64,000 nucleotides of DNA from Vulcanimicrobiota bacterium (GCA_003136355.1 PLED01000082.1:6753-70752), one strand, 5' to 3'. Numbered from the stretch's first letter, positions 7,730-19,747 are shown. Numbers and translations are program-made. Notes: a model not told the origin generated them from the sequence alone.

Positions 7730-7801
7730 TAGCGCCAACGGGAATCGAACCCGTCTTCCCGCCTTGAAAGGGCGATGTCCTAACCGATAGACGATGGCGC
7801 C
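7730..7801 (-). tRNA. tRNA-Glu (UUC)
   Basis: The reverse complement GGCGCCATCGTCTATCGGTTAGGACATCGCCCTTTCAAGGCGGGAAGACGGGTTCGATTCCCGTTGGCGCTA folds as a cloverleaf. Anticodon loop is CTTTCAA and T-loop is TTCGATT. CCA is not encoded. Confidence 0.9.
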
Positions 7802-7832
7802 GTAGTGGCCGTGGATTCGCGGTCTGGGAGCT

Positions 7833-7904
7833 TGGGCCCGGCAGGATTCGAACCTGCGCGCAACCAGTTATGAGCCGGCCGCTCTACCGCTGAGCTACGG
7901 GCCC
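7833..7904 (-). tRNA. tRNA-Met (CAU), elongator type; the tRNA-Ile2 lysidine type cannot be excluded
   Basis: The reverse complement GGGCCCGTAGCTCAGCGGTAGAGCGGCCGGCTCATAACTGGTTGCGCGCAGGTTCGAATCCTGCCGGGCCCA folds as a cloverleaf. Anticodon loop is CTCATAA. A G1-C72 pair argues against an initiator. Confidence 0.85.
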
Positions 7905-7946
7905 CCAAGCGCTCCAACGCGCGGTCTTCTCATTCCGTTAGGCGCG

Positions 7947-8375
7947 TCACTGCCGGATGACGGTCGGCGCGACCCCGGAGGCCGAGACATTGAATGTGTA
8001 ACACGTTCGGCCGGCACCGTGCGGCCAATTTCGCGGAAACGGCGACTGCTGTTCAATCGCTTCGCTTTCAGCCGCTAAGGAAAAGCGCGCGCACAGCATG
8101 TAATTCTTGGCGTCGATCTTCCGAAACTCGTATGGGCGCCGCATCGCCGGATCGTTTGCTTCCAAGCTGTGAGGTAAGCGATTGGGTAGGCGGCCGGTGG
8201 TTCCACCGAAACGATCGTGCATTTCCGTAGCGATATTGTCGAGATCGGTTATACGCTGCTGGTCGAGCGCGACGAGCCGCGCGTGGCCCGGAGGGCCGAT
8301 GACGAGGAAGGCGAGCACCAGACCCAGCGCCACGATGACGCATGCTGCGACACCGAAGAGGCGCTCGAGTTTCAC
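7947..8375 (-). CDS. hypothetical membrane-anchored protein
   Basis: 142-aa ORF with an N-terminal TM helix FGVAACVIVALGLVLAFLVIG. Its start overlaps the upstream gene's stop by 4 nt. Confidence 0.55.
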   Translation of the reverse strand: MKLERLFGVAACVIVALGLVLAFLVIGPPGHARLVALDQQRITDLDNIATEMHDRFGGTTGRLPNRLPHSLEANDPAMRRPYEFRKIDAKNYMLCARFSLAAESEAIEQQSPFPRNWPHGAGRTCYTFNVSASGVAPTVIRQ

Positions 8376-9028
8376 GACTGCGTCGTGGGGGCGTCAATCG
8401 TCTTTAAATAGTAGAGGAAGACGCCGCCGCCAAGTACCAGCAGCACGAGCGAGTCGAGCACGAATCGGATCGTGAGCTCGCCGCGGAGCAATGCGCTAAT
8501 AAACCAGACACCGTCGAGCAATACGACGATCGCTGCGATAACGAGCGCCAGATACGTGAGCCATCGGCGCACGGCAGAATCATAGAGGTCCGGCCGCTTC
8601 GAAAGCTCGCGCCCGATCAACGTATGGACAAAGATGAACACGGGGAAAGCGATCACGACGACGGCAACCTGCCACGAGATCTGATCGCGCAACGACTCAG
8701 CGTAATACGGAGTCTGGGTCGCGTCGGGAAACGCTTGGGCTATCAAAATGTAAAAGACTTGGCCGAGCGCGACCGTCCAAAATCCCAGCATGATGAAGTT
8801 CAGCAGATAGTAAAACGCGTCTCGCGCATTTTCGACACGACCCGCCCGCGCGGGCACGGGCATGCCGAGCGCGTCGGCATAATACGACGAAAAGGCGGCA
8901 TAGACGCGCCGCTCGGACCAGCCTCGCTGACACAGCAGCGCGACGATAAACTCGTCGTTGACGCCCTGGCCTTTGGCCGCCCGGACGAACGCTAAAAGCC
9001 CCGGATCGGAAGCTGAAGCCGTACTCAC
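8372..9028 (-). CDS. DUF5671-like multi-pass membrane protein
   Basis: 218 aa. A soluble N-terminal region is followed by helices AFYYLLNFIMLGFWTVALGQVFYILIAQAF.., WQVAVVVIAFPVFIFV, and LTYLALVIAAIVVLLDGVWFI. Confidence 0.6.
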   Translation of the reverse strand: MSTASASDPGLLAFVRAAKGQGVNDEFIVALLCQRGWSERRVYAAFSSYYADALGMPVPARAGRVENARDAFYYLLNFIMLGFWTVALGQVFYILIAQAFPDATQTPYYAESLRDQISWQVAVVVIAFPVFIFVHTLIGRELSKRPDLYDSAVRRWLTYLALVIAAIVVLLDGVWFISALLRGELTIRFVLDSLVLLVLGGGVFLYYLKTIDAPTTQS

Positions 9029-9119
9029 GGAACGGGCATTCGTCGAAGGCGGGCCGGCGCCCGCCTGCTAAAAGCAAGCATGCGAAGTTCGCGCCGGATA
9101 TGCCGATGACTTATATACG

Positions 9120-9548
9120 ATGTTTCCTGCTATTGTGCTTGGCTTAGCCATGCAAAGCGCTTCGATATCCATAGCGGCAGAGAAGCGCATGCTCGCCGAC
9201 CTCAACTCCACCCGTGCCCGCGCCGGGCTGCCCATGCTCAAGCTGGACAACCGCTTGACGCAAGTGGCGCGCGCTCACGGCATCGACATGGCGCAGCACA
9301 ACTATTTCGCGCACGAGTCGGCGGGCGGACAATCGCCGTTCGACCGTATGAAGGCCGACCGCATTTCGTTCGGCTGGGCCGGCGAGAACCTCGCCATGAG
9401 CCCCGACGAGCCGACGGCCTACCAAGCGCTTCTGCAAAGCCCGGAGCATCTAGCAAACATCATGCAGCGCCACTTCTCTAAAGTGGGCATCGGTGCGGTG
9501 CAGGGTCCGGACGGCGAGATGCTGTTCGTGCAGGACTTCACCAACTAA
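9120..9548 (+). CDS. CAP/SCP (YkwD-like) domain secreted protein
   Basis: 142 aa. N..RA.AGLP.L..D..L..VAR.H..DM....YFAH.S..G.SPFDRM....I.....GENLA ... SPEH..NI. Confidence 0.75.
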   Translation: MFPAIVLGLAMQSASISIAAEKRMLADLNSTRARAGLPMLKLDNRLTQVARAHGIDMAQHNYFAHESAGGQSPFDRMKADRISFGWAGENLAMSPDEPTAYQALLQSPEHLANIMQRHFSKVGIGAVQGPDGEMLFVQDFTN

Positions 9549-9567
9549 CAACCGTTCTTTTCCGGTC

Positions 9568-10083
9568 ATGAAACGATCGGGATCCCTGATAATCGCCACG
9601 CTTGCTTGCTGCCTGATCGCGGCAATTCCGCGTCACGCCGCCCCGCGTTACACAACGCCTCCGCCGATCGACGGCATCCGCTGCGAAGGCATGGAAGGCG
9701 CCGTCGTTCATATCCACCAGTATCTCGCGCTCTACGACGGCTATCAGCGGGTGACGGTTCCTGCCTTAATCGGCATCCACAACGACTGTCTGTACTGGCT
9801 GCACACGCACACCGCCGACGGATTGATCCACGACGAAGTTCCGATTCATAAGTTTTTCACGTTGGGCAATTTTTTCGATGTTTGGAAACAGCCGCTGAAC
9901 TGGTATCAAGCCGGCCCACTGCGCGCGCGCGGCGCAACGAAGCTCAAGATTACGGTGAATGGAAAACCGTTCAAGGGAAATCCGCGCAGCATCGAGCTCG
10001 ACAACCACACCGAGATCATCATTAAGGGCGGCCCACCCTACGTAACGCATCCGCCCCATTACAACTGGGGAAATATGGGCTAG
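9568..10083 (+). CDS. conserved secreted protein of unknown function (HIH ... CLYWLHTH motif)
   Basis: The internal ATG at codon 26 of ORF 9493..10083 gives the signal peptide MKRSGSLIIATLACCLIAAIPRHAA. Confidence 0.6.
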   Translation: MKRSGSLIIATLACCLIAAIPRHAAPRYTTPPPIDGIRCEGMEGAVVHIHQYLALYDGYQRVTVPALIGIHNDCLYWLHTHTADGLIHDEVPIHKFFTLGNFFDVWKQPLNWYQAGPLRARGATKLKITVNGKPFKGNPRSIELDNHTEIIIKGGPPYVTHPPHYNWGNMG

Positions 10084-10091
10084 CAAAAAGA

Positions 10092-10119
10092 AGAGGGCCG
10101 CATTCGCGGCCCTTTCTCT
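10092..10119. terminator. bidirectional terminator hairpin between convergent genes
   Basis: GGGCCGC-ATTC-GCGGCCC (10095-10112) is flanked by an A-run upstream and TTTCTCT downstream. Confidence 0.6.
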
Positions 10120-10140
10120 GTCGCTACACAACGGATTGGG

Positions 10141-12009
10141 CTAGCGACACTTCTTGTGGAGCACCGGTTTGCCGGCCATCGCGGAGGTCCCGACGATATA
10201 ACGCGGTCCGGTCGAAGCTCCGAGCACTCCGGTCTTGTACCAGACGCAGCGCCGTTTTCCGACAGGCTGAATCGCTACCGGAAGAACGCGCGTCGGCAGT
10301 GCTGCGATGCGGCGCCCGCTGGTGGGGCCGGTCGAAGCGCCGAGCACGTGCGTCGGTGCGCCTGCAGCGCTGCCACCGACCGGCGCAACGCCGGGCCGGA
10401 AACCGCGCACGGAGGTACCGGCGTTGGCGCTGCCGCCGCTGCCATTGACCGGTGCAGCCTGGAAGCCGCGTACCGGCGTGACGGCGTTGCGGCCGCTGCC
10501 ATTGGAGCCAACCGGCGCTGCGGCGATGCCGCCGTGCAGATCGGTCGGCGAAATGCCGCCGCTCTCGCTGCGACCCATGCCGCCGCCGCACATGCTTTCG
10601 CTGCTGGACGACTTACAGAAGCCGCGCGTATGTCCGGCCGGATTCACGCACTCGTGCGGAAGTCCGGGCGGATTGTGGCCCGATGCGTCATTGGCGGCAT
10701 CTTTGGCCATTTGGTTCGCGAACGCCGGATTGCCGTTACGCGACGATCCGTGGCCGCATTTGCCCATGCCACCGGTCGTGGCAGCGACGTCGACGTCGGA
10801 CTTACTTTTCTTGATCTTGCGACCTTTGGTGTCGACGTCGGTGTTGGCTACGTCGACGTCTGATTTCTTGGCTTTCTTGCCCTTGCTGTCGATATCGAGC
10901 TTGGCGACATCGATGTCGAGTCTCTGTTTGTCGACGTCAACGTCAGCCTTCTTGCCCTTTTTCGTATCGCTATCGAGTTTCTGCTGGTCAATGTCAACCT
11001 TTTGACGATCAACATCAACGTCGGTTTTGGCTACGTCAACGTCTGATTTCTTGGCTTTCTTCGCATCGACATCAGCTTGCGCGATATCGCGATCGCACTT
11101 TTTCTTGTCGTTGTCGAGCTTGCGCTGGTCCGCATCAATGTCGGTCTTGTTGCCTTTGGCCTTGTCGACATCGAGCTTCATCTGATCGGTATCGACGTCG
11201 CGGCGATCCATATCGACCTTCGCGACGTCAACATCAACGGTAGATTTGGACTTAGCGCGATCGCTGTCGAGCTTACGCGAGTCGGCATCGACCTTTTGCC
11301 GATCGACGTCGAGCTTCGCGGCCTCTAATCCGCGGCCACCGTTGAATTTGTCGAAGCCGTGCTTCTTGACGAGATCCAGGGCGACGATTTTTCCGCTCGT
11401 TGCGCTCAGTGCCGTCACCTGTACATTCGATCCGACTTTGACATGCAGCCGGTTCGCCGTCTTGCTGTCAAGATTGATCAGGCGCGTCTGTCCGCTTTGA
11501 TCTTGCAGCATGAAGGTATCGCCCGTACGCGCGGTTACGCGCATATTGTCCTTCTCGCCGCGATTGCAAACGGCCGTGATCTGCTGACCGTTTGCGAAGA
11601 AAATTAACTGCCCGCGGTCCTGGTGCGCCTTAAGCGAGTTCAATGCCGCGGAGGAAATATCAAAGTCGTGCGTCGATCCGTTCGCCAGCTTGACGTGGAC
11701 GCCGGCTTTCGCCCCGGCCCCGATCCCGTCGGCGCTTCCTTCAAACTCACTGCCCCGCGAGCCGTCGCCCATCGTTCGATTGTGGTTCATGCTGCGATCG
11801 AAAGCGCCGGGCGAAGTTTGCGGACCGCCCATACCGCCGGGGCCGTGCTGCGCCGATGGGGCGCTGCCCTTACCGGGCGCGGAACTTTGTCCTTGAGGCG
11901 AGCTGCCCTTTTTATCATGACTGCCGCCTTTATCAGCGAATGCGATGCCTGTCGTGCACAGCAAGGCCGCGCTTAAGAAGGCCGCTACTAGTTTCTGCGG
12001 ACGTTGCAT
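10141..12009 (-). CDS. secreted low-complexity protein with heptad-periodic Asp/Lys repeats and a Gly/Cys-rich C-terminus
   Basis: The internal ATG (codon 26 of ORF 10141..12084) follows GGAGA and gives the signal MQRPQKLVAAFLSAALLCTTGIAFA. A 623-aa frame stays open through a strongly periodic region. Confidence 0.65.
   Translation of the reverse strand: MQRPQKLVAAFLSAALLCTTGIAFADKGGSHDKKGSSPQGQSSAPGKGSAPSAQHGPGGMGGPQTSPGAFDRSMNHNRTMGDGSRGSEFEGSADGIGAGAKAGVHVKLANGSTHDFDISSAALNSLKAHQDRGQLIFFANGQQITAVCNRGEKDNMRVTARTGDTFMLQDQSGQTRLINLDSKTANRLHVKVGSNVQVTALSATSGKIVALDLVKKHGFDKFNGGRGLEAAKLDVDRQKVDADSRKLDSDRAKSKSTVDVDVAKVDMDRRDVDTDQMKLDVDKAKGNKTDIDADQRKLDNDKKKCDRDIAQADVDAKKAKKSDVDVAKTDVDVDRQKVDIDQQKLDSDTKKGKKADVDVDKQRLDIDVAKLDIDSKGKKAKKSDVDVANTDVDTKGRKIKKSKSDVDVAATTGGMGKCGHGSSRNGNPAFANQMAKDAANDASGHNPPGLPHECVNPAGHTRGFCKSSSSESMCGGGMGRSESGGISPTDLHGGIAAAPVGSNGSGRNAVTPVRGFQAAPVNGSGGSANAGTSVRGFRPGVAPVGGSAAGAPTHVLGASTGPTSGRRIAALPTRVLPVAIQPVGKRRCVWYKTGVLGASTGPRYIVGTSAMAGKPVLHKKCR
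10780..11316 (-). repeat. about 25 imperfect 21-bp (7-codon) coding repeats, consensus (V/L)-D-x-D-x-x-K
   Basis: LDVDRQK VDADSRK LDSDRAK ..VDVDVAK VDMDRRD VDTDQMK LDVDKAK ... VDIDQQK LDSDTKK ... LDIDVAK LDIDSKG ... Confidence 0.8.
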
Positions 12010-12133
12010 ACCCTTGTCTCCATTGTGTAGTTCGGGGGGAAGGTGTCGGTTCAAGTGTTGCCACAAACATCTGAAGCGAAACATCGCACGCTTCTTTAGA
12101 AGCGAGCGAGCTTTTAATTGCCCGGAGTATAAG

Positions 12134-13450
<1,317 letters not shown>

Positions 13451-13909
13451 TTACTTTTCGAAGATCCAGCGCTCGAGATCGTGCTTGCGCGAAACGAAAT
13501 CGGCGGGTTGGAAAAAGATCTGCAACTCGCGCTCGGCACTTTCATGCGAATCGCTGCCATGCACGAGATTCCGGCCAATCGTTTGCGCGTAATCGGCGCG
13601 TATCGAACCAGGCGCAGCCGTCAGCGGATCGGTCGCTCCCATCAGTTGACGGCAGCCGGCAATCGCCGATTCACCCTCAATGCACATCGCGACCAACGGA
13701 CCGCTGGTAATAAACTTAACCAACCCGTCGAAGAACGGCTTGCCGGCGTGTTCGGCGTAATGCTTGCGCGCGCGCTCACCGTCGAGCTGCATCATCTTCA
13801 TGGCAATGATGAGATAGCCGCGCCGCTCGAGCCGCGCGATGATGTCGCCGGTTATGCCGCGCGACACGGCGTCGGGTTTGCACAAGAGAAGCGTACGTTC
13901 GATAGCCAT
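13451..13909 (-). CDS. ndk: nucleoside-diphosphate kinase
   Basis: 152 aa. ERTLLLCKPDAV ... NLVHGSDS (active-site His). Confidence 0.95.
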   Translation of the reverse strand: MAIERTLLLCKPDAVSRGITGDIIARLERRGYLIIAMKMMQLDGERARKHYAEHAGKPFFDGLVKFITSGPLVAMCIEGESAIAGCRQLMGATDPLTAAPGSIRADYAQTIGRNLVHGSDSHESAERELQIFFQPADFVSRKHDLERWIFEK

Positions 13910-13930
13910 AGGCGGCTCAGTTACGTCCCA

Positions 13931-13992
13931 TTGTCATCCTGAGCCTGTCGAAGGACCCCGAGCAGCGCACGAAGTGTGCCTGACGAGGGGCG
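13931..13992 (+). repeat. GC-rich palindromic element, copy A (intergenic, ndk/birA divergent region)
   Basis: TTGTCATCCTGAGCCTGTCGAAGGACCCCGAGCAGCGCACGAAGTGTGCCTGACGAGGGGCG. It aligns over its full length with the reverse complement of 17207-17272. Confidence 0.75.
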
Positions 13993-14020
13993 CGCGACTT
14001 GCGACCGAACCCGCCCAGCC

Positions 14021-14755
14021 GTGAGCCGCTTCTCGCAGATCCGCCGCGTCGAATCGACCGGCAGCACCAACGACGATATGGCGAAGATCCTCGGCGAGCC
14101 GCAAGCGCGCGGCCTAACGCTTGTTTCGGAGTATCAGACCAACGGCGCCGGGCGGAAGGGCCGGGCGTGGATCGCGCCGCCGGGGAGTGCGCTTTTGTTT
14201 ACCGCGGCGCTCCCCGATCAGGTTCCCGCGCGCGATTTGTGGAGCGTGGCTTTTTGGATCGGCTTGGCCGTGCATGACGCGCTTGCGGATTTCGACGTCG
14301 CCACGCAGCTGCAGTGGCCAAACGACGTGCTGCTCGAGGGAGCGAAGGTCGCCGGAATTCTGTGCATATCTCGCGTTGCTGCTTCGCACGCATGGGTTGC
14401 CTGCGGCGTCGGACTGAACGTCGCACGGCCGGCCGAAACCGGCGCGCTGGCCGATATCGATCCCGCGCCCGCTTTTCTTTCCGACGTTCGCGAATTCGAT
14501 CGCGGCGAATTGCTCGATACGATCCTGCAGCGCGCCGATGCTTCTTATGAGATGTTGGCGGCGCCCGAGACAATCGCCCGCGCGTGGGAACGCGCGGCCG
14601 GCATTCCCGGCGCGCACTATCGCTTGCGGTTAGACGGCTCCGACGCACGTCTCGAAGGTTCCGCCGTGCAACTCGGAACCGCGGGAGAACTCGTGATCGA
14701 TGCGCATGACGGCCGCCACGTTATCTCGCAGGCCGACGCGCGCGTCTTGCGTTAG
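14021..14755 (+). CDS. birA: biotin--[acetyl-CoA-carboxylase] ligase (no HTH domain)
   Basis: VESTGSTND ... QTNGAGRKGRAWIAPPGSALLFT (the GRGRxGRxW-type motif). A GTG at codon 16 is preferred because upstream codons lie in repeat copy A. Confidence 0.85.
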   Translation: MSRFSQIRRVESTGSTNDDMAKILGEPQARGLTLVSEYQTNGAGRKGRAWIAPPGSALLFTAALPDQVPARDLWSVAFWIGLAVHDALADFDVATQLQWPNDVLLEGAKVAGILCISRVAASHAWVACGVGLNVARPAETGALADIDPAPAFLSDVREFDRGELLDTILQRADASYEMLAAPETIARAWERAAGIPGAHYRLRLDGSDARLEGSAVQLGTAGELVIDAHDGRHVISQADARVLR

Positions 14756-14758
14756 CGC

Positions 14759-15292
14759 TCAGCTACGCGCGCGGCTGCGCTTCTCGCAGACCTCGCAAAA
14801 ATGCGGCATCTTGTTATCGGTTTCGAAAATAGAATTCGAGTAATGCATCGCGCAGCGGGCGTTGTAACAATGCTTTAATCCCAGCGCGTGACCGAGTTCG
14901 TGAACGCATTCTTTGAGCGCGCGCTGGAAGAGCGCGTTCTCGTCGGCGGCTTCCCCGTAGAATTCGTTGCGCAGCCGGTGGAGCGAAACTGCCGCCACGC
15001 GGCGGTGCTCGTCGGCGTCGCCGAAAACGAAACGCTGCGACGTCTTGTAGAGATCGAAGTCGGTAATGCCGAGCAGCAATCCGCCCTGGCCGCCATATTC
15101 GCGCAGCAATTTTGTCGTCAGTGTCGGAAGAAAGAGCTGCTTGCGCGTGCTGTTGAGGCAGCTTAGCGAGAGCGAGAGCGACCTTTCGACGACGACGTCG
15201 TACAGAAAACGCTCCGCCAAACACAATCCCAGGCGGGAGAGAAACGCGGGGTCGATCCCGTTCACGGGAACGATGCGCAATTGCATCTCCAT
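14759..15292 (-). CDS. archaemetzincin-type zinc metallopeptidase (M54)
   Basis: HELGHALGLKHCYNARCAMHYSNSIFETDNKMPHFCEVCEK matches the archaemetzincin signature HEXXHXXGX3CX4CXM...CXXC. An internal Met start (MEMQLRIVPV) is preferred. Confidence 0.8.
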   Translation of the reverse strand: MEMQLRIVPVNGIDPAFLSRLGLCLAERFLYDVVVERSLSLSLSCLNSTRKQLFLPTLTTKLLREYGGQGGLLLGITDFDLYKTSQRFVFGDADEHRRVAAVSLHRLRNEFYGEAADENALFQRALKECVHELGHALGLKHCYNARCAMHYSNSIFETDNKMPHFCEVCEKRSRARS

Positions 15293-15335
15293 CTCTGGGG
15301 CGGTTTCTTTCGACGCCTCCGCGAAAACGCCCGCT

Positions 15336-15701
15336 ATGATCGTCGGCATCGGAACGGACCTGGCCGAGGTTGCGCGCTATCGTTTTGACGAGACCGAACT
15401 CGCATGGTTCGCGCGCAAGGTTTACACGGACGAAGAGATGGCGTACGCGATGCGCAAGCGCGAGCCGGCCCAGCGTCTCGCCGGGTTTTATGCTGCTAAA
15501 GAAGCCACGCGCAAAGCGTTTGGGCACGCGATTCCGTGGCGCAGCGTCGGCGTCATCCACGAACGCAGCGGGAAACCCGCCATCCGGCTTTTCGGCCAAG
15601 CGGCAAAACTGCCGGAGCGGCGCGGCGTCACCGTCATCCACCTGTCGATCACGCACACCGACGAGATGGCCGCCGCTACCGTCATCCTGGAAGGACCGTA
15701 G
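15336..15701 (+). CDS. acpS: holo-[acyl-carrier-protein] synthase
   Basis: MIVGIGTDLAEV ... FYAAKEATRKAF ... LSITHTDEMAAATVILE. The ATG is at codon 91 of ORF 15066..15701. Confidence 0.9.
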   Translation: MIVGIGTDLAEVARYRFDETELAWFARKVYTDEEMAYAMRKREPAQRLAGFYAAKEATRKAFGHAIPWRSVGVIHERSGKPAIRLFGQAAKLPERRGVTVIHLSITHTDEMAAATVILEGP

Positions 15702-17203
15702 TGCGCGTCCTTACCCCGCAGCAAATGCGCGCGGTCGACGCCGCATCGTCGAGCGGCGGCGGTGATGTTGCGCTGATGCGGACTGCCGGCGAGCGAATCG
15801 CTGAAATGGCGCGCCGCTACGCGCGCGGTTCAAAGATCGTCGCATTCGCGGGCAGCGGGAATAACGGCGGCGACGCGTTTGCAGCGCTCGCGATGTTGCC
15901 GGCTTCGTTTGAACGCATCGTCTATGCAGATTTGGCGGATAGACCGTCGGCGGCGAGGCGCGACGCAGAGCGGCACGCGGGGGAGGCGGGCGTAATCGTG
16001 CGCTCTCTGCCACAAACCTTCGGCCAAGCTCGCGCGGCGCTCGAAGGATGCGCCGTTGCGCTGGACGGACTGCTGGGCACGGGCGCGCGTCTTCCGCTGC
16101 CGCAAAAATACGACGCACCCGTTACCGCCCTGAATGATAGCGCAGCAGCCGTGCTGGCGATCGACGTGCCGAGCGGCGTTGATACGGCGACGGGCGCAGC
16201 CGGTGACGTTTGCGTCGACGCGGACGTCACCATTACGCTCGGCGCGCTAAAGATCGGATTGCTTCTCGAGCCTGCGCGATCGCATGCAGGCGAGCTGTGG
16301 CTGGCCGAGATCGGCTTATCCGAAAAAGCGCTCGCGGAGCAGCCCGCAGAGTTCGCGGCGCTCGACGACACTGAGTTTATGCAGCTGCTGCCAAAACGCG
16401 CGCAGGATTCCGACAAACGCAAAGCCGGCGCTCCGCTGATCGTGGCCGGTTCGGAACAGTTTCCGGGTGCAGCGATCTTGTCGGCACTCGGCGCAGCGCG
16501 ATCCGGCGCCGGCTACGTCACGGTGGCGGCTCCGCGCGTCGCGCTTCCGGCACTTCGCGCGCATTTGGTCGAGCAAGTCGCGGTCGAGTTGACCAGCGCT
16601 AAGGATCTCTTGGACGTCGCCGAACGCTGTTCCGCCGTCGGCATCGGACCCGGACTCGGACTCGACGATACGACCGGCGGCATCGTTCGCGATTTCGTCA
16701 AGCGCTGCGATCTGCCGATCGTCGCGGATGCGAGCGCGCTCTTTCATTTCGCAAAACATCTGGATATGCTGCGCGGAAAACGCATCGTTCTCACGCCGCA
16801 TGCTGGCGAATTTGCGCGGCTTTCCGGAAAGGGCACGATCAAACCCGGCGAGCGTATCGATCGGCTGCGCGAATTCGTCGATCGCACTGGAGTAACCACC
16901 CTCCTCAAAGGCGATGCGACGCTTATCTACGACGGTAAAACCATGCACGTCAATACGACCGGCACGCCACTGCTGGCGACCGCCGGAACGGGTGACGTCC
17001 TTACGGGCATGACCGCCACGCTGCTTTCACAGGGGCTTGCGCCTATTGACGCAGCGCGCGCCGCGGTGTACTGGCACGGACTTGCTGCGAGAAAAGCCGG
17101 CGCGCAGCGCCCCGTCGGCGTGATCGCTCGCGACGTTGCGGACGCACTGGGCAGCGCCATTCCATGCGACCCGCCGCGCGGCGCGTTAGTGAGGATATAT
17201 TAA
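15701..17203 (+). CDS. nnr: bifunctional NAD(P)H-hydrate repair enzyme (epimerase/dehydratase)
   Basis: The GTG overlaps the acpS stop (TAGTG). VRVLTPQQMRAVDA.. GSGNNGGDAF (YjeF-N) and ..GPGLG..LTPHAGEFARL..ATAGTGDVL (carbohydrate kinase-like C domain). Confidence 0.9.
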   Translation: MRVLTPQQMRAVDAASSSGGGDVALMRTAGERIAEMARRYARGSKIVAFAGSGNNGGDAFAALAMLPASFERIVYADLADRPSAARRDAERHAGEAGVIVRSLPQTFGQARAALEGCAVALDGLLGTGARLPLPQKYDAPVTALNDSAAAVLAIDVPSGVDTATGAAGDVCVDADVTITLGALKIGLLLEPARSHAGELWLAEIGLSEKALAEQPAEFAALDDTEFMQLLPKRAQDSDKRKAGAPLIVAGSEQFPGAAILSALGAARSGAGYVTVAAPRVALPALRAHLVEQVAVELTSAKDLLDVAERCSAVGIGPGLGLDDTTGGIVRDFVKRCDLPIVADASALFHFAKHLDMLRGKRIVLTPHAGEFARLSGKGTIKPGERIDRLREFVDRTGVTTLLKGDATLIYDGKTMHVNTTGTPLLATAGTGDVLTGMTATLLSQGLAPIDAARAAVYWHGLAARKAGAQRPVGVIARDVADALGSAIPCDPPRGALVRIY

Positions 17204-17206
17204 GTT

Positions 17207-19393
<2,187 letters not shown>

Positions 19394-19747
19394 CTAGCGC
19401 GGCGAGCTGATTATCTGGATAGCGTATCCATCCGGATCGCCGATCATCGCAAAGCGGCCGAACGATTCGTCGCACGGACTTTGAAAGATCGGAACGCCCT
19501 TCGCGCTGCACTCTTCGACGAACCGGTCTACGTTTTCCACCGAGAAACCGACCTGCAATGATCCGGGACGAACGGCGAGCAGTTCGGTTTTGGGATGCAA
19601 GCCGAGCAACGCACCGCCGCCGAGATCGAAATCGACCCAGTCCGGAACGGCGTCGGTCTTAAGCTTCAATCCCAGCACGTCGCGATAAAAATCGCGCGAG
19701 CGTTCCAGATCCGCGCAGACCAGCATCGCGATCGTGAATTGGGCCAT
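19394..19747 (-). CDS. VOC (glyoxalase/bleomycin-resistance/dioxygenase) family protein
   Basis: 117 aa. A single beta-alpha-beta-beta-beta module pair, FYRDVLGL ... DPDGYAIQI. Confidence 0.75.
   Translation of the reverse strand: MAQFTIAMLVCADLERSRDFYRDVLGLKLKTDAVPDWVDFDLGGGALLGLHPKTELLAVRPGSLQVGFSVENVDRFVEECSAKGVPIFQSPCDESFGRFAMIGDPDGYAIQIISSPR

Noticed and set aside
7833-7904. Initiator tRNA-fMet assignment for the CAU tRNA
   Set aside because: Positions 1 and 72 form a G-C pair, and the anticodon stem lacks the three consecutive G-C pairs typical of bacterial initiators. It was called elongator Met, with Ile2 not excluded.
12088-12106. The CGCTTCT-TT-AGAAGCG palindrome after eno as a terminator
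   Set aside because: The loop is only 2 nt and no T-run follows on the minus strand. It may be incidental or a weak attenuator, so it is not listed as a feature.
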